Below, piece after piece: positions 34,317-35,146 of a DNA stretch of 35,146 nt (positions are counted from its first letter, which is position 1; each line of letters begins with the position of its first letter). The notes below the pieces were generated by a model, which was not told the DNA's origin, did not search any database, and was given only the letters and a program-made list of their open reading frames with translations. Where the stretch lies: positions 1 through 35,146 of the forward strand of contig JBJHDB010000001.1 of NCBI GenBank assembly GCA_050486325.1. The letters are read 5' to 3'. Made by a program: the position numbers and the translations under genes. The DNA is from Nitriliruptoraceae bacterium (GTDB lineage Bacteria > Actinomycetota > Nitriliruptoria > Nitriliruptorales > Nitriliruptoraceae).

Positions 34317-35146
34317 ACGATCGAGTCGACCAACCCGTCGAGCCCGTCAGTCTCGCTGATGATGGCATGTCCGAAGGCCCAGCGGCGACAGATCGCGTCG
34401 AGTACGAGCGCGCCGGCGTGGATGACGTCCTCCCGGCCCGGCTGAACCGGCCCAAGCCGCGCACGTTGCTCCGCCGACATTCCCAGCAGTCGAGCGGCGA
34501 GTTCGGACAGCTGCCCCGCCGGAAGGACGCTGCCGTGGATGCGGTCGGGGTCGTAGTCGTCGAGCCCGAGGTGGAGCGCGCCGAGGGTGGTCGCGGTCCC
34601 GGCGACGGCGATCAATGGGACCTCGACGTCGGCGTCCGCTGCCCGCTCGTTGACGACCGCGTCGGCGCCCGCCAGGAGTTCGTCGACCGCCTGCCGGGCA
34701 TGGTCGATCTGCGCCGGGGTCGGCGGGTCGTCGGGGAAGAACCGTTCGGTTGCGCGCACGCAGCCGAGCTGCAGCGACACGCTCGCGGCGACCTGGCCGG
34801 TGGCGTCCCCCGCGATGATCTCGGTGGACCCCCCGCCGATGTCGACCACGACCGCGGTGCGGTGAGGGGTCCGCTGCTCGGGCACGTCGCTGTCGGCTGC
34901 GGCGGTACGTGACCGCTCGTTCGGTCCGGACCGGTCGAGCACGGCGAGCGCACCGCGGAAGGCCAGCGCGGCCTCATCGGTCCCGCTGAGCACCCGCGGG
35001 GTGACCCCGGTGCGCGCGGCGACGGCGTCGACGAACTCCTGCCGGTTCGCCGCGTCACGCACCGCGGAGGTCGCGCCGATGGCGACCCGTCCCCGTTCGA
35101 CGCCGTGGGAGGTCCAGGTGGCGGCGAACTCGTCGATCGCCACCAG
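34313..35146 (-). CDS. ppx: Ppx/GppA family phosphatase (exopolyphosphatase / guanosine pentaphosphate phosphohydrolase-like). The N-terminus lies outside the window.
   Basis: The ORF is open to the window edge. It contains IGATSAVRDAANRQEF, VVVDIGGGSTEII (ASKHA phosphate-binding loop) and LIAVAGTATTL. It ends without an HD domain, which is the short Ppx2-like form. Confidence 0.8.
   Translation of the reverse strand: MVAIDEFAATWTSHGVERGRVAIGATSAVRDAANRQEFVDAVAARTGVTPRVLSGTDEAALAFRGALAVLDRSGPNERSRTAAADSDVPEQRTPHRTAVVVDIGGGSTEIIAGDATGQVAASVSLQLGCVRATERFFPDDPPTPAQIDHARQAVDELLAGADAVVNERAADADVEVPLIAVAGTATTLGALHLGLDDYDPDRIHGSVLPAGQLSELAARLLGMSAEQRARLGPVQPGREDVIHAGALVLDAICRRWAFGHAIISETDGLDGLVDSIV

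Overview
This is a very GC-rich chromosomal segment (about 70% by eye, not computed), densely packed with housekeeping genes of actinobacterial character. I call about 33 CDSs, one tRNA and a few small repeats and hairpins.

Several blocks match gene orders I know from Mycobacterium tuberculosis. These are manB-wbbL-rmlD-LCP (like Rv3264c-Rv3267), birA next to accD5-accE5 and accA3 (like Rv3279c-Rv3285), a type-B sdhCAB operon, and purN-purH.

Gene order:
- 1-4975 (-): NDP-sugar pyrophosphorylase, WbbL-like rhamnosyltransferase, RmlD and two LCP genes.
- 5184-11288: a TIGR03089-like protein, a large acyl-CoA dehydrogenase, an SLC41/MgtE-like permease with a PhoU/TrkA-C partner, and a hypothetical protein.
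- 11366-16451: BirA, acyl-CoA carboxylase beta and epsilon subunits, a cupredoxin lipoprotein, and the carboxylase alpha subunit.
- 16456-22995 (-): LpdA-like flavoprotein, a methylmalonyl-CoA mutase catalytic subunit lacking the B12 domain, and SdhB, SdhA and SdhC.
- 23147-29901: Gdh (+), then TrpS, Mdh, FolD, PurH and PurN (all -).
- 30009-35146: an NlpC/P60 endopeptidase, a small protein, tRNA-Leu(UAA), a lipoprotein, a 47-aa membrane peptide missing from the ORF track, a Nudix-YjeF_N fusion, and a Ppx/GppA phosphatase cut by the window edge.

I found no mobile elements, CRISPR arrays, rRNA, biosynthetic cluster or recognisable defence system, so this is mostly core metabolism.

The items most worth a second look:
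- the CoA-pyrophosphatase-type Nudix fused to a motif-degenerate YjeF_N domain
- the mutase gene sitting 3 nt after sdhB, close to the propionyl-CoA carboxylase genes
- the unlisted small membrane ORF with a strong Shine-Dalgarno (SD) sequence
- a motif-degenerate second LCP paralog
- a 4 x 20-bp tandem repeat between gdh and trpS

All family assignments come from reading motifs by eye. No searches were run.
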